From contig NW_019218028.1 in NCBI RefSeq assembly GCF_002571385.2, forward strand, positions 176,786 through 240,785: 64,000 bases of DNA, in the 5' to 3' direction. A program made the translations under genes and the position numbers. The notes below the pieces were generated by a model. The model was not told the DNA's origin and ran no database searches. It saw nothing but the letters and a program-made list of their open reading frames with translations. This stretch comes from Stylophora pistillata (lineage: Eukaryota). This document shows, one piece after another, positions 32,301-44,300 of the stretch (position 1 is the stretch's first letter; the number at the start of each line of letters is the position of its first letter).

Positions 32301-35300
32301 GGATCGCGAAGAAATTTGATCACCGCTCTAAATTCAGTCGCCCTATCATTCTGCTCACAACACCGTCCGAGACCATTTTCTCCGAATATGTTTCAGCGTA
32401 CACAAAACAGAACCCTTAAAGTATGCCCAGAAGAAGGTACATGCATCAACAGGAATAGGTAACATCTGAAAAGGTACTTACCTCCAGCTACAAAGATTCT
32501 AAGTGGGTTTAAATTTTCACGGCTGAAAATGGTAAAATAGAAGGAGAAATGATTGGGAGCTGTAATAATGCGACACGCATGGCAAAAACTTAGGTTAGGG
32601 ATACGGATACTAAAATGGCGAGGGCACTCAGTAGGAGTATGTCATAAAAATCTGCAACTAAGAGTGCTAAGGAGAACATCTTTCGGAATAGAGAAATTAC
32701 AACTGAAAGAAATTCAGGACTGTTTTGTTTTGATTTGGTTCACTCTGTTTTGGTGCAGAACACACACACCATTTTCTAACCGAATTAGATTCAAAACTAG
32801 AGCAATTTTTAATTGGATGTCCAAAGTAGCCCGGGATTGCATTAGTCTTGCTTTATTCACTCTGTGATTGGCCCAGAAAACTGTACCAACTCTCTCAACC
32901 AATCAAATGCAAAACTAAAACCAACCACGGTTTGGTCGCCCGCGTTTTCCCGCGCTTTGGGCGGTTTGTTTGTTCTTACTTTGAGTTCTCACTGGCTCTT
33001 TAAGGTATTTTCCTTTCTTCTTTAATGGCCGTTGAAAATACTTTGGTTTTGTTTTTGACACTCAATCGAAGAGCGCTCTTGAACCAATCGCGACCTGCTC
33101 ACTCACGTTTTCCTAGCGAATGTTATCCGGACGTGTTCGTAGGATCTTACATTAATAATTCTTAACAAACCTTTCGCCTTCTAATGTAAGTTTGTTAAGA
33201 ATCCATTCATAACTGCAGAAGTATACCCCTATACTTGGCACATCTGTGAATTACAACATAGGAAAATTAAGATATGATATCTTGAAACATATAAGAAATT
33301 TGGATTTCTCTTCTCCGTCCCTCTGCCTTCGATAATTATAATTAAAGTGTTAGTATTGTCCAATACCAATAGAGTAAATTGCACGCAAACTAACACATGT
33401 AGAAGCCATACGCGATACGGACAATTCTTGCTGTTCTCCAAGTACCCTTGATTCATTATATAACATCGTTCAAGTAGAAAGGGCTGAAATTCGGAACTAT
33501 TATTCCACGAGTTTGAACTTATCAAAATAGTTTCTAAGTCAAGTCTATGTCTACAAAGTAACAACCGGCATCTCTCAAACTTTTTCAGCCATAAAATGAT
33601 CTCTCCTTTCACCTTCATGTCCTACAAAAAGGCAATCAACGGTCACATACCCTGCAACCAAGCCCTCAGTTTTAGCACTACGGCGCGAACGAGGCGGCGA
33701 GAGGTCTAGAAGGGGTCTGGCACTGATTCCTGGTGCAAGACCCCGGCAAACCTCTCCCCGACTCGTCTCCAATCTTCCCGCAGGCGTAGAAACGTCATTC
33801 AAGCTTCTAGAGAGGGCTGACTCGCAGGCTAACAGTCACTAAATTTGAAGTACCCACCTCTTAGAAGAGTTGCGAACGTTCCCCTATACAAAGATCTTAT
33901 TCCTTTTTCCTTGTAAAGTTGTTTGGCACAATTCAGTGGACCTTTATATTTTCTTTCGCCCCCAGAACTTTGCTGGATCTAAAGACAAAAATTTCCTTGC
34001 TAATTAGAGACATGTACAGTACAATCTTCATCAGCGTCTAAGACTTTCAAGGGGTGTGGTTGTGTTTTTTTCCTTCCTATTCTCTTCTTTCTCAGTTTTT
34101 TGTTTTGCAGTTTCCATTGTTCAGTATTCCTCCTGCTGCCTAATTAACCTCCTCTCTGTCGAAGTAACAACAAGGAAGTTGCACGGGTTGCTGATATATG
34201 AGCAGGATAGGTAGGGTTGGTTGGGTTGGGTTGGGGCAACTTTCTCTGAAGCTGACCGTTACCAACGAAACCCTTACATAAATTAACAATGTCTTACATA
34301 ATGCTTATTGCGTCATCACGTGGGATCATGAATATTCTATGAGTTTGAATAGTGGGGCAATCATGGGCAAAGTGGTTCAAAATGCGTTGATTATTTCCGA
34401 TTCCCATGTAAGGGCCCTGTCATGAAAGCATTCAAAAGAATTAGGATATGTCTAGTGTGTGGTATTCGTATTCGTTACTTGTGTAATTAACCTTTATTCT
34501 CTAAATTCAATAGTTTTCTTCCCTTTTTTCTCGCACCTTGCGTCCGTATATAATGAAAGATTTGGGCACGGGTACAGGAAGTGAGGTGAAGTTTTGTGAG
34601 TTACGAGCGAAGAGCGTGGAAAAATTTGAGGGAACGGAGACTCGGCACAACATCATTTCTGACAAATTCATTCAGGAAAATCGTTCTACTTCACGGTAGA
34701 AAACCACTTGCCGGGGAACGGGTGTGCAAAGAATCTACCAGACTGTGAGCTACAGGAAGAAGAGATAGTGACTGATTCAACAACAAGTCAGAGCGAGTCA
34801 AGTTACGACAAGTTTGAGCGAGTCAAGGTTACGAGAAGTTTGAGCGAGTCAAGGTTACGAGATGTTTGAGCGAGTCAAGTTACGAGAGGTTTGAACGAGT
34901 CAAGGTTACGAGAAGTTTGAGCGAGTCAAGTTACGAGAAGTTTAAGCGAGTCAAGGTTACGAGAAGTTTGGGCGAGTCAAGGTTACGAGAAGTTTGAGCG
35001 AGTCAAGGTTAGGAGAGGTTTGAGCGAGTCAAGGTTACGAGAAGTTTGAGCGAGTCAAGTTACGAGAAGTTTGAGCGAGTCAAGGTTACGAGAAGTTTGA
35101 GCGAGTCAAGTCAAGAGAAGTTTGAGCGAGTCAAGGTTACGAGAAGTTTGAGCGAGTCAAGTTACGAGAGGTTTGAGCGAGTCAAGGCTACGAGAAGTTT
35201 GAGCGAGTCAAGTTACGAGAAGTTTGAGTGAGTCAAGGTTACAAGAAGTTTGAGCGAGTGAAGTTACGAGAAGTTTGAGCGAGTCAAAGTTACGAGAAGT

Positions 35301-38300
35301 TTGAGGGAGTCAAGTTAAGAGAAGTTTGAGCGAGTCAAGGTTACGAGAAGTTTGAGCGAGTCAAGGTTACGAGAGGTTTGAGTGAGTCAAGTTATGAGAA
35401 GTTTAAGTGAGTCAAGGTTACGAGAAGTTTGAGCGAGTCAAGTTACGAGAAGTTTGAGTGAGTCAAGGTTACGAGAAGTTTGAGCGAGTCAAGTTACGAG
35501 AAGTTTGAGCGAGTCAAGGTTACGAGAAGTTTGAGCGAGTCAAGGTTACGAGAGGTTTGAGCGAGTCAAGGTTACGGGAAGTTTGAGGGAATCAAGTTAC
35601 GAGAAGTTTGAGCGAATCAAGGTTACGAGAAGTTTGAGGGAGTCAAGTTACGAGAAGTTTGAGCGAGTCAAGGTTACGAGAAGTTTAAGCGAGTCAAGGT
35701 TACGAGAAGTTTGAGCGAGTCAAGTTACGAGAAGTTTGGGCGAGTCAAGGTTACGAGAAGTTTGAGCGAGTCAAGGTTACGAGAAGTTTGAGCGAGTCAA
35801 GCNNNNNNNNNNNNNNNNNNNNNNNNNNNNNNNNNNNNNNNNNNNNNNNNNNNNNNNNNNNNNNNNNNNNNNNNNNNNNNNNNNNNNNNNNNNNNNNNNN
35901 NNNNNNNNNNNNNNNNNNNNNNNNNNNNNNNNNNNNNNNNNNNNNNNNNNNNNNNNNNNNNNNNNNNNNNNNNNNNNNNNNNNNNNNNNNNNNNNNNNNN
36001 NNNNNNNNNNNNNNNNNNNNNNNNNNNNNNNNNNNNNNNNNNNNNNNNNNNNNNNNNNNNNNNNNNNNNNNNNNNNNNNNNNNNNNNNNNNNNNNNNNNN
36101 NNNNNNNNNNNNNNNNNNNNNNNNNNNNNNNNNNNNNNNNNNNNNNNNNNNNNNNNNNNNNNNNNNNNNNNNNNNNNNNNNNNNNNNNNNNNNNNNNNNN
36201 NNNNNNNNNNNNNNNNNNNNNNNNNNNNNNNNNNNNNNNNNNNNNNNNNNNNNNNNNNNNNNNNNNNNNNNNNNNNNNNNNNNNNNNNNNNNNNNNNNNN
36301 NNNNNNNNNNNNNNNNNNNNNNNNNNNNNNNNNNNNNNNNNNNNNNNNNNNNNNNNNNNNNNNNNNNNNNNNNNNNNNNNNNNNNNNTTTGTGAGTTACG
36401 AGCGAAGAGCGTGGAAAAATTTGAGGGAACGGAGACTCGGCACAACATCATTTCTGACAAATTCATTCAGGAAAATCGTTCTACTTCACGGTAGAAAACC
36501 ACTTGCCGGGGAACGGGTGTGCAAAGAATCTACCAGACTGTGAGCTACAGGAAGAAGAGATAGTGACTGATTCAACAACAAGTCAGAGCGAGTCAAGTTA
36601 CGACAAGTTTGAGCGAGTCAAGGTTACGAGAAGTTTGAGGGAGTCAAGTTACGAGAAGTTTGAGCGAGTCAAGGTTACGAGAAGTTTGAGCGAGTCAAGT
36701 TACGAGAAGTTTGAGCGAGTCAAGTTACGAGAAGCTTGAGCGAGTCAAGGTTACGAGAAGTTTGAGCGAGTGAAGGTTATGTGAAGTCTGAGGGAGTCAA
36801 GTTACGAGAAGTTAAAAGTTGAAAACTGCAAAGTTGTAAGAAGACGAAGCCAATTTGAAACGAAGGAAACGAGCAAAGTTGAGAACTGGTGAGACGGTAA
36901 ACTGGTTGGAGAAACGGTAGTTTGGTTTGGCAAGGCACCGTTTGTTGGTGGAGCGTGGTGAGTTGTGCACAAGACAAGAACACGGACGCGGGCGTAAGGT
37001 GAAACCTGACCGAACTGAACTGAAAAAAAAAAAACCTTACCCTTTTATTATGATAATACTGTTGTAAATATAGTTAGCGCATTCTAGTCTTAAATTATTA
37101 CGATCTTGTAAATTCTTATAAAGTAATTGAGGTAAATAATTTAGGAATTTTGTTTTATTGTATTATTGTAATTAGGGTAAATAATTTAGTTTATTGTTTT
37201 TTGTTGTTGTTTGTAGCTGTTAATTACCATATTGTCTTACTTAGAGAAATAAATATTTCTAGGCCTTCGTTTAGTTGTGTTGTGACGTGTCTTCTCGGGC
37301 TTGTTTATGTTTCGTGTTTGGTGTATGTTGGAGGGCGCCCACCTTTGTGGCGCGGATTCGTCACAGGCACCCGCGGCCCAGGGAGATCCTGGGAACAAGC
37401 CGTCACGCTCTATCATGTGCATTCTCTGTGTTAGATGGTGTTACGTGGCCACAAAACTAGGAAATACGATGGGAAAAGAAATGCGCCTCACTGGAACGCT
37501 GCAAAAAAAGATTCCAGAAAAGCAGACTGAAGAAAACTTTGACGGAATTTGAAATCTAAATACCGGGAATTGCCTCTGGCATAACCGCGCTATACACTAT
37601 GAAGTACCTTCGCTTGCTTCCTTCGTGTAAAGCTACAGCAATTTTGTATTTAAGCATGAACTCTTCTATAGTCAGGAAAATAAATCATTAGCGTAACATT
37701 CAAGTTACTTCAGAGTCTTGTTTCATAAAACTTAAAGTAAAAAATATAAAGTTTAGTAAGTTTTTTAGGAACGGCATCCAAATCGTTCGTAGCCTAGTTC
37801 AGCATGCATTCAACTTTCAACTGTTTCCAGTTGATAATTTGGATATATCAACAAAGTTGAAATGGTAAATTGGCCACCGTAACGATTACAAAAGCTGACG
37901 TTTCGAGCGTTTGCCCTTCGTCATTCGCTCCGACGAAGGGCAAACGCTCGAAACGCCCCAAATAGTTTCTTTAGAAACTATCAGCCTTTATAGACCACGT
38001 TCATAACTAGCTGCCGGATTAATATTCTTTTGTTTAAATTCAAATTAGCCCTTCTGGCCTCGCTTGAGATAATGTATTCTTTTGAATTTCGTACTGGAGA
38101 ACGAGGTCAGAAGGGCTAATTTAAATTTAAAAAAAAGAATATTAATCCGGCAGCCATTTATGAAAGTGGTCTATTTATTCCTGTTTCCAGTTGAGCTGGT
38201 CTGAGGCTGTTATTGCTCACAGTTGATGCAAGAGAGGTAACCAATCGTTTCGCACGCGAAAGTTTCCGTCAATAACCAGTTCGCCAACGTCGTAGCTCGG

Positions 38301-41300
38301 TTTATAAAACTGAGTCCTTTTGCAAGCAACCAAATAGGTCATTTCACTTAGGTGTAATGCTACTCGCAATGAGTCGTTGTAAAATGATCCTGGATATTTC
38401 AAAGTACTGGAATACAACAATACGTAATCAAACCGTAGGAAAGACACTTAAAAAGATTTTAATGATTCAATCAAATGCTGCTCTGATGTAGGCAGATTTA
38501 ATTACTTATTACACAATTGCTCGAAAACATTTCTGGAACGCGCCAGTGTTTCACGCTTTTTTTGAGTCAACTGAGTCGATCATGTAACGCCAGATGGTTC
38601 CAAATGACACTTTAGGGAGAGCATTGAGATCAGAGTTGAAACCTTCTTTTGGAAATTTTCCATTTGTTTGAGGCTCTCTCTTATCAAGCAAACCAAGATC
38701 TGCTTTTTTCTTCATAATATTAGCGCCGTTGTCGGGGTCTCTAAGATATTTCTTGTCAAGGCCATTTTCTACATAGTGTTTTAGCCTATGCAAAACGATT
38801 TTAAATAATGTTAATGGAGTTCTAAGCAGACAATTTAATGTATAAAATCTTTAAGTGAATATGTTTTCCATCAGAAATATTAATGGTTTTTATGTGAGCA
38901 AAAGAAAGAGCTACGAAAAAGCTGAATTTGACCCTTTACCTGCTGACTAAAGCTGACTTTTTACCACTTGTTTTCGCTCCCCTACAAATCAGCCAGCGCT
39001 TTAGCTGTACCACACTGCATGCCTCTACATTTCTGTTTTGCAAAACAGCCCCAGGTATATCGTCTTCAGTTAAAATAAAGCCTTCTTCTTTAGTTTCTGA
39101 GAGCTTACTATCATTCGCAATGGACGCCATTTTGATTTCTGTCCAGCCAAACAATCCATGCATGCTTTGCGATCGCAGTTTCAGTCCCAGGCCCTTTTTC
39201 GTTTTGTTACCGGCGAATTGATTAGAGAAGTCTACAGGTCTCGGGCTCCCACATAAAGAATGATTAACTTTATGCGTCAAGTCTAAGTGATCAGGAGTTC
39301 ATTTTAACCCAGCTGTTTTTACATCGGCGGAACTTATGCAACTGCTGATCGTACGCAAAATACCTTCAAGATTGAGACTAAATGCTTCGTTGACGTTATG
39401 ATGGCTGTTTGATCGAAGTAAGTTTCGCGAGGACAAGAAATTCCGTGAAAGACGATTCCACTTGTTTGTTCTTAATAATTCCATCGCATGCACAGACGCA
39501 AACATAGCTCACTGTTGATCACGAGGTTATCTCGAATTTTCCGTCACACAGTACAGTAGACTTTTACACCTGGAGGACCCTTTCGTCATACCGTGACTGA
39601 ATCAACCACCGCATGAGCATAGTAAATATGACGACCTCCTTAAAACCGTGTTTTCAAACGATACCAAAGTGTTATGATCCTTATCCCCCGACTTTGTGTC
39701 TATGTTATTTCTTTAGAAAGTAATCAAGTTTTGGCTTTTGCTTTAAGAGAAAACTAGCGAGAAAAATTGTCAAGTCGTAAAACAATAATAATTAATTAGC
39801 GCCGCGATGATAAACATCTTGCTAATTCTAGAAATCAGGGTACACTTTCGCTTTCTTGTTATGAGTACGCAACGAAAGCCAATCCGGCGAAAATCAGTGA
39901 CTCGAAGGTATGGAAAAACGCTCAGCCATAATTTCGAGCTAGTAGCTACTTTGGATGACCGATGTACGCTCAGCCTTACTTTCGTGCTGGTAACTAGTTT
40001 GGATGACCGATACCGACGAGACCGACGAGACCGTAGACGCAGCATGAACGGGGCTTGCGACTATGATAGGTGAAGTGCATCCAGCGAAAGCGAAAAAGGA
40101 ACTTGTTAGTAGGGGTCTAGTTCGATAGCTGGGATACGTATGGCGAACATTAAAAAACCGTTGCCCTGCTTCTTAGGACCTGTGAGAGCCAACTCGTGCT
40201 GAGTAATTATAAGTAGGACTTTGTTTGTGCTTCAAGGTTTTGAGCGTGCCACGAGTTGAGCGTGGAAGCCGTGAGTATCTTCAGTCAAAAACCTCTCGAA
40301 GCTTCACCGCTTCACCGATTTACCACTTTCATTACCGCTGGCTACACCGGTTACGAACTGACTAAGACGATAGCGAACTGTTCTTCAGCGGAAACACTCT
40401 AGTGCGAAACAATTCCAATGAAAGAGATGGTTTATAAGTTCACTAACTGCCTCATTTAGTTCATCCTCAAAACCTACTTTCAGCAATTATGCGACTCAAA
40501 CGACTTGTGCTCCTTGATTCAATAATTTTAACCATTTGACCATCACTTTCTATGGGTTTAAAGAGCATATTGCATAAGTTACTATTTCTATTGTATTTTC
40601 ATTGTTTTTTTTTTTTTTCGCTGTTTACATACCCTCTATATGCAATCCGCTGATTTAAATAATGGACACTCCAAAGACAAGTAATTCAACGAGAAGCCTT
40701 GTGGCAAAAGCCATTGACTGCCCTGCAAAGGAATTTGGTGGCGGTGTGAAGACGGTGGGTGAACTTGGCAGTCCTCAGAAGTTTCTTTACTGGCAATTTC
40801 CCAATTGGAGGACCAACAACAAGACTATCATGGTTCCTCCAGCCTACAAACCAACTGAGCCGGGCTACACAATTTCAAAAGATGGCAAATATGCTGATGA
40901 AGATGATGTCAATATAAGAGGAAGACAAGGAGAGAAACTAATGTACGATCGTCTGCAAAAAGCTGGCCAAACCAAGAACATAGGCATGTTCGTCATTCAT
41001 GGATTTAACCTTATAGAAATCACCAGGTGGAATAAAAAATGCGAAAGTGAAGATTCAGTGCCTGAGTTAGATAACATACCTAAAACAGGGGAAAGCGACT
41101 TCATCATATTTCACCACGAGAAGGGAGTCATTCTATTCGAGGTTAAGAATTTGAAGAAGTCTGACAAAGAATTACTAGAATCCTCACATAGGGATGCTGA
41201 AATCAATAAGGCAAAAGATCAGCTGGATAGAACCAGACAAGTTGTTGAAGCTTTTGCTGTAGTAAACAACTCCAGCAATGAACAATCTGATCGTTTGGAG

Positions 41301-44300
41301 ACACCTCCAGTGATGATGGTAATTGTTCTTCCTTCCACGAAGAGGGGTAGTCCACATTTGCACGTCAATGAAACTTCATTTATGTATGAGGAAGATCTTG
41401 CAAGTCTAGAAAGCTTTTCAAAGTGGTGGAGTGACAACATTGAATCACGTCCCTCGATGGCCTCCCCACCAGAGGCCAACAGGGCCTATGAATTAGCCCT
41501 ATCAAGAATCTTGGCTGTACGACATCTTGGCCCTGTAACTGAGTCGGAATACACAGCTAACATAAGTTATACCTTGGACACCTTCAAGCACCTGGAAAAC
41601 TTGGCCGGTAGGCGCTTCCGCAGGATCAAGGAAGGCGAAAACCCCCATCTCTTTCGCTGGTGCAAGTACATGATGTCTCAAGACAATCTCCCTGTTGCCA
41701 AAGTTGCAGAAAGAGAAGCTTTCGACACACTTAAAAGCGTCAATGTTATTGCTTCTGAGGCAAACCTTTTGAAGGCTCTCAATAAACATCTTTCAGATAA
41801 AAGGTTCCTTCTAGGTAGCAGGATGGCCCTTGAAGACAGAAAGATATTCCAGTACCTTTGGACAGTGTACATAATTGACATTGACAGCATCGCCAGATTC
41901 ATGAATAGAGTTACTGATGCAAAGAAGAAACAAGTGATAATTAACAAGGGAAAAACCCTTACAGACCTAGGTTTAGCCAATACAGATGATGTCACCAAAC
42001 TCAATGAGCTGTCACAGTTATTGGACAAAAGCCAAAGTGGATTTTTAGAAGGGGGATGCTGCACAAATCTAGACATTCAACTTTGTGAAAACCTGGCCGG
42101 AGGAAATGTTAGGATTCTGGCCCTTCCTGGAAAAAGGCCATGGGCACCTGTGTTTACAATGGATCAGCTTGCCGTGTTCGAAGGACCAAAGAAACAGCTT
42201 ATCATCGGTGGACCTGGGAGTGGGAAGACAGAGTTGATGAAGGCGAAAGCTCTCATACTTGCCCAGAAGGTACCACCTGGAAAAAAGATTTTATACTTGA
42301 TTCAAGGTGAGAAACAGAGGGTCTTCCCTAAAGTCATGAGGAAGTTTTTTAAAGATAACAAGGTAATGAAGTATGTCCATGTTCTGACAGTTGAGTTCAA
42401 GGGAGAAAATCGCGAGGCCTTTGAAAACCAGCAAGCTCAGTTAAAATGGGAAACATACAGCCATGTTTTCATCGATGAGCTATGGATTGGTTCAAAGATC
42501 AGGTATGAAATGCAGCAGGATGGCAAAATGGATTCTATCGACGAGCTCACAATTCCCAAACAAGCATTAGTCAGCGTTGAGGGCTATGTTTGGATGAGTT
42601 CTGTCTTTGACTTTCGAGAAGAGTTTTTTCCAAAAATTAGTGAAGAAAAAATCAGAGATAGGCTAAATTTGCAGAGGCTGGAAGGCAAAAAGAATTTGCT
42701 GTACGGAGAGCTCAATACACCGTCTCTTCTGGATACTCTGGCAAAAAGGGGAGGAATCATAAGTAGGATCAAGCACCCTTTAAGGGGTGTGAACAACATT
42801 GTAAAGCTGCTACAAGACTACAGTACCTTGTATCTTGAAAGAAGTTTTCCTTATGGAGTAGAAAACATGCTCAATCACAATGTGGATGGGCAAGAAATCA
42901 GCTGGATTGCTGTCCATTCAGAGAGGAATAATGTCTCAACAGAGAGAACACAACAAGCTGAACATTTACCGGTGGATAGGGATGATCTTACAATGTTGAT
43001 GTACAACAAATGCGTGCAATTCATTAAACAAGTTCTCTGGTTCAATCAGGACCTTCGCCCATCTTTGTTGATGACAACAAGCAAGAGTCAGTTGAAGTTA
43101 CAGCTTGATCCAGGTGATATTCTGGTTGTCAATTTCATTGCACGCTATCAGTCCAAACACAATTTAGGTGATAGCCTCACCTCCATGTTGGAAAAAATGA
43201 AAATTCCTGTCTGCAGCCTGAATGATCTTCAAGCATCCTCAGTTGAGGATGAATTTCTTGACAGCTCAGGTGGTGTGTCTTTTGAATTCAAAGTCAAGAA
43301 AGGATTCAGAATACATTGATGGTGCAGAGTGGCCTATGGTAATTGTGCTTCTAACACCTGAACTTCTGTTAAGTGACGGAAATGGTGGGTTTGAACCAGT
43401 TCGCAACTATGATCCATACATAGCCATGTTCCGAGCACAGGCAAAACTCGTTGTGATATCAGATTCATGGAGGTCATCCCAAGACTTCCTCAACAGTGTC
43501 AAAAAAAAGCCAAGTTAACTTGGAATCAAAAATGAGGCTCTGTTTTCCTAGCTTGCATAACTGGCAATTTCTTGGTGGCAAGCAGCAATCAGTTGGTTAA
43601 ATGACAACAAATCAAAATGTAAGCATCACTCCCCAACATATTTTCCTTCATTCTTAACATAGTAACTATTGCATAGCTGATTCATAAAAAATGCAGGAAA
43701 ATCATTAATCATGTTACCTGTAAAAGACACTTTATCCTATCGGCAGGAGTGACAATAGCTGCTGCACAAAACCCACCAAACATTCCAGAGGTAAAGTTTT
43801 GGAAATTTCTGTTTGATTAAAATTGATGATAACTTTATAAGTTAGATAGATTTACCAGTAGTTGATTATCAGAGGGTCTGAAGTTAGCAATAATGATCAT
43901 TAGGATTGGCCTGGGAAAAAAGCCATAGATACATGCTTCCTAGTAAGTAACAATATTAAAAGCCATAGATACATGTTTCCTAGTAAGTAGCAATATTAAG
44001 GTCTTGTATACAAGTTTCATTTTTACTCTTATCAGGTAATGCTTTTCTTTAGTTGCCCCCTAAGGGAGCCTAACATCTTATTTTTCCTCCCTGTATCTTT
44101 GCTGAATCAAACATTAAGGTCATGAGAATTAATAAAGGAAATGTTTGCCAACTTAAAATTGATAGTCTTCTTGAATAAGCTTTTGAGTGATAAACACATT
44201 CTCCCAATCCATAATGTAAAACTATATAAAACAGTAAGGAGAACATGCATATTGATGTTATAAAGTATGGGGTTAAAATTATCTGAGATGCTTTCTTGAC

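Larger units (their letters stand above)
34418..37365 (+). mobile_element. Possible solo-LTR-like element carrying the minisatellite
   Basis: Starts TGTCATGA and ends TCGTCACA, with imperfect flanks GGCCC/GGCAC and AATAAA near 37249; boundaries uncertain. Confidence 0.35.

Noticed and set aside
32350-32465. Alternative carrier exon (shares CATCAACAGGAATA with exon 32149-32081)
   Set aside because: The acceptor is under 20 nt from the upstream donor and the required frame hits TGA.
36388-36600. Second LTR of a full-length retrotransposon
   Set aside because: Identical to about 34593-34805 and starts exactly at the gap edge, with no gag/pol; more likely contig overlap or the other haplotype.
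34791-36810. CRISPR array or repeat protein
   Set aside because: Units are contiguous with no unique spacers, there are no cas genes, the context is eukaryotic and frames break often.
40662-43518. Bacterial contamination as the source of the nuclease-helicase
   Set aside because: It is contiguous, without Ns, with host exon 4 only 200 bp away; composition is similar to the host and there is no operon context.
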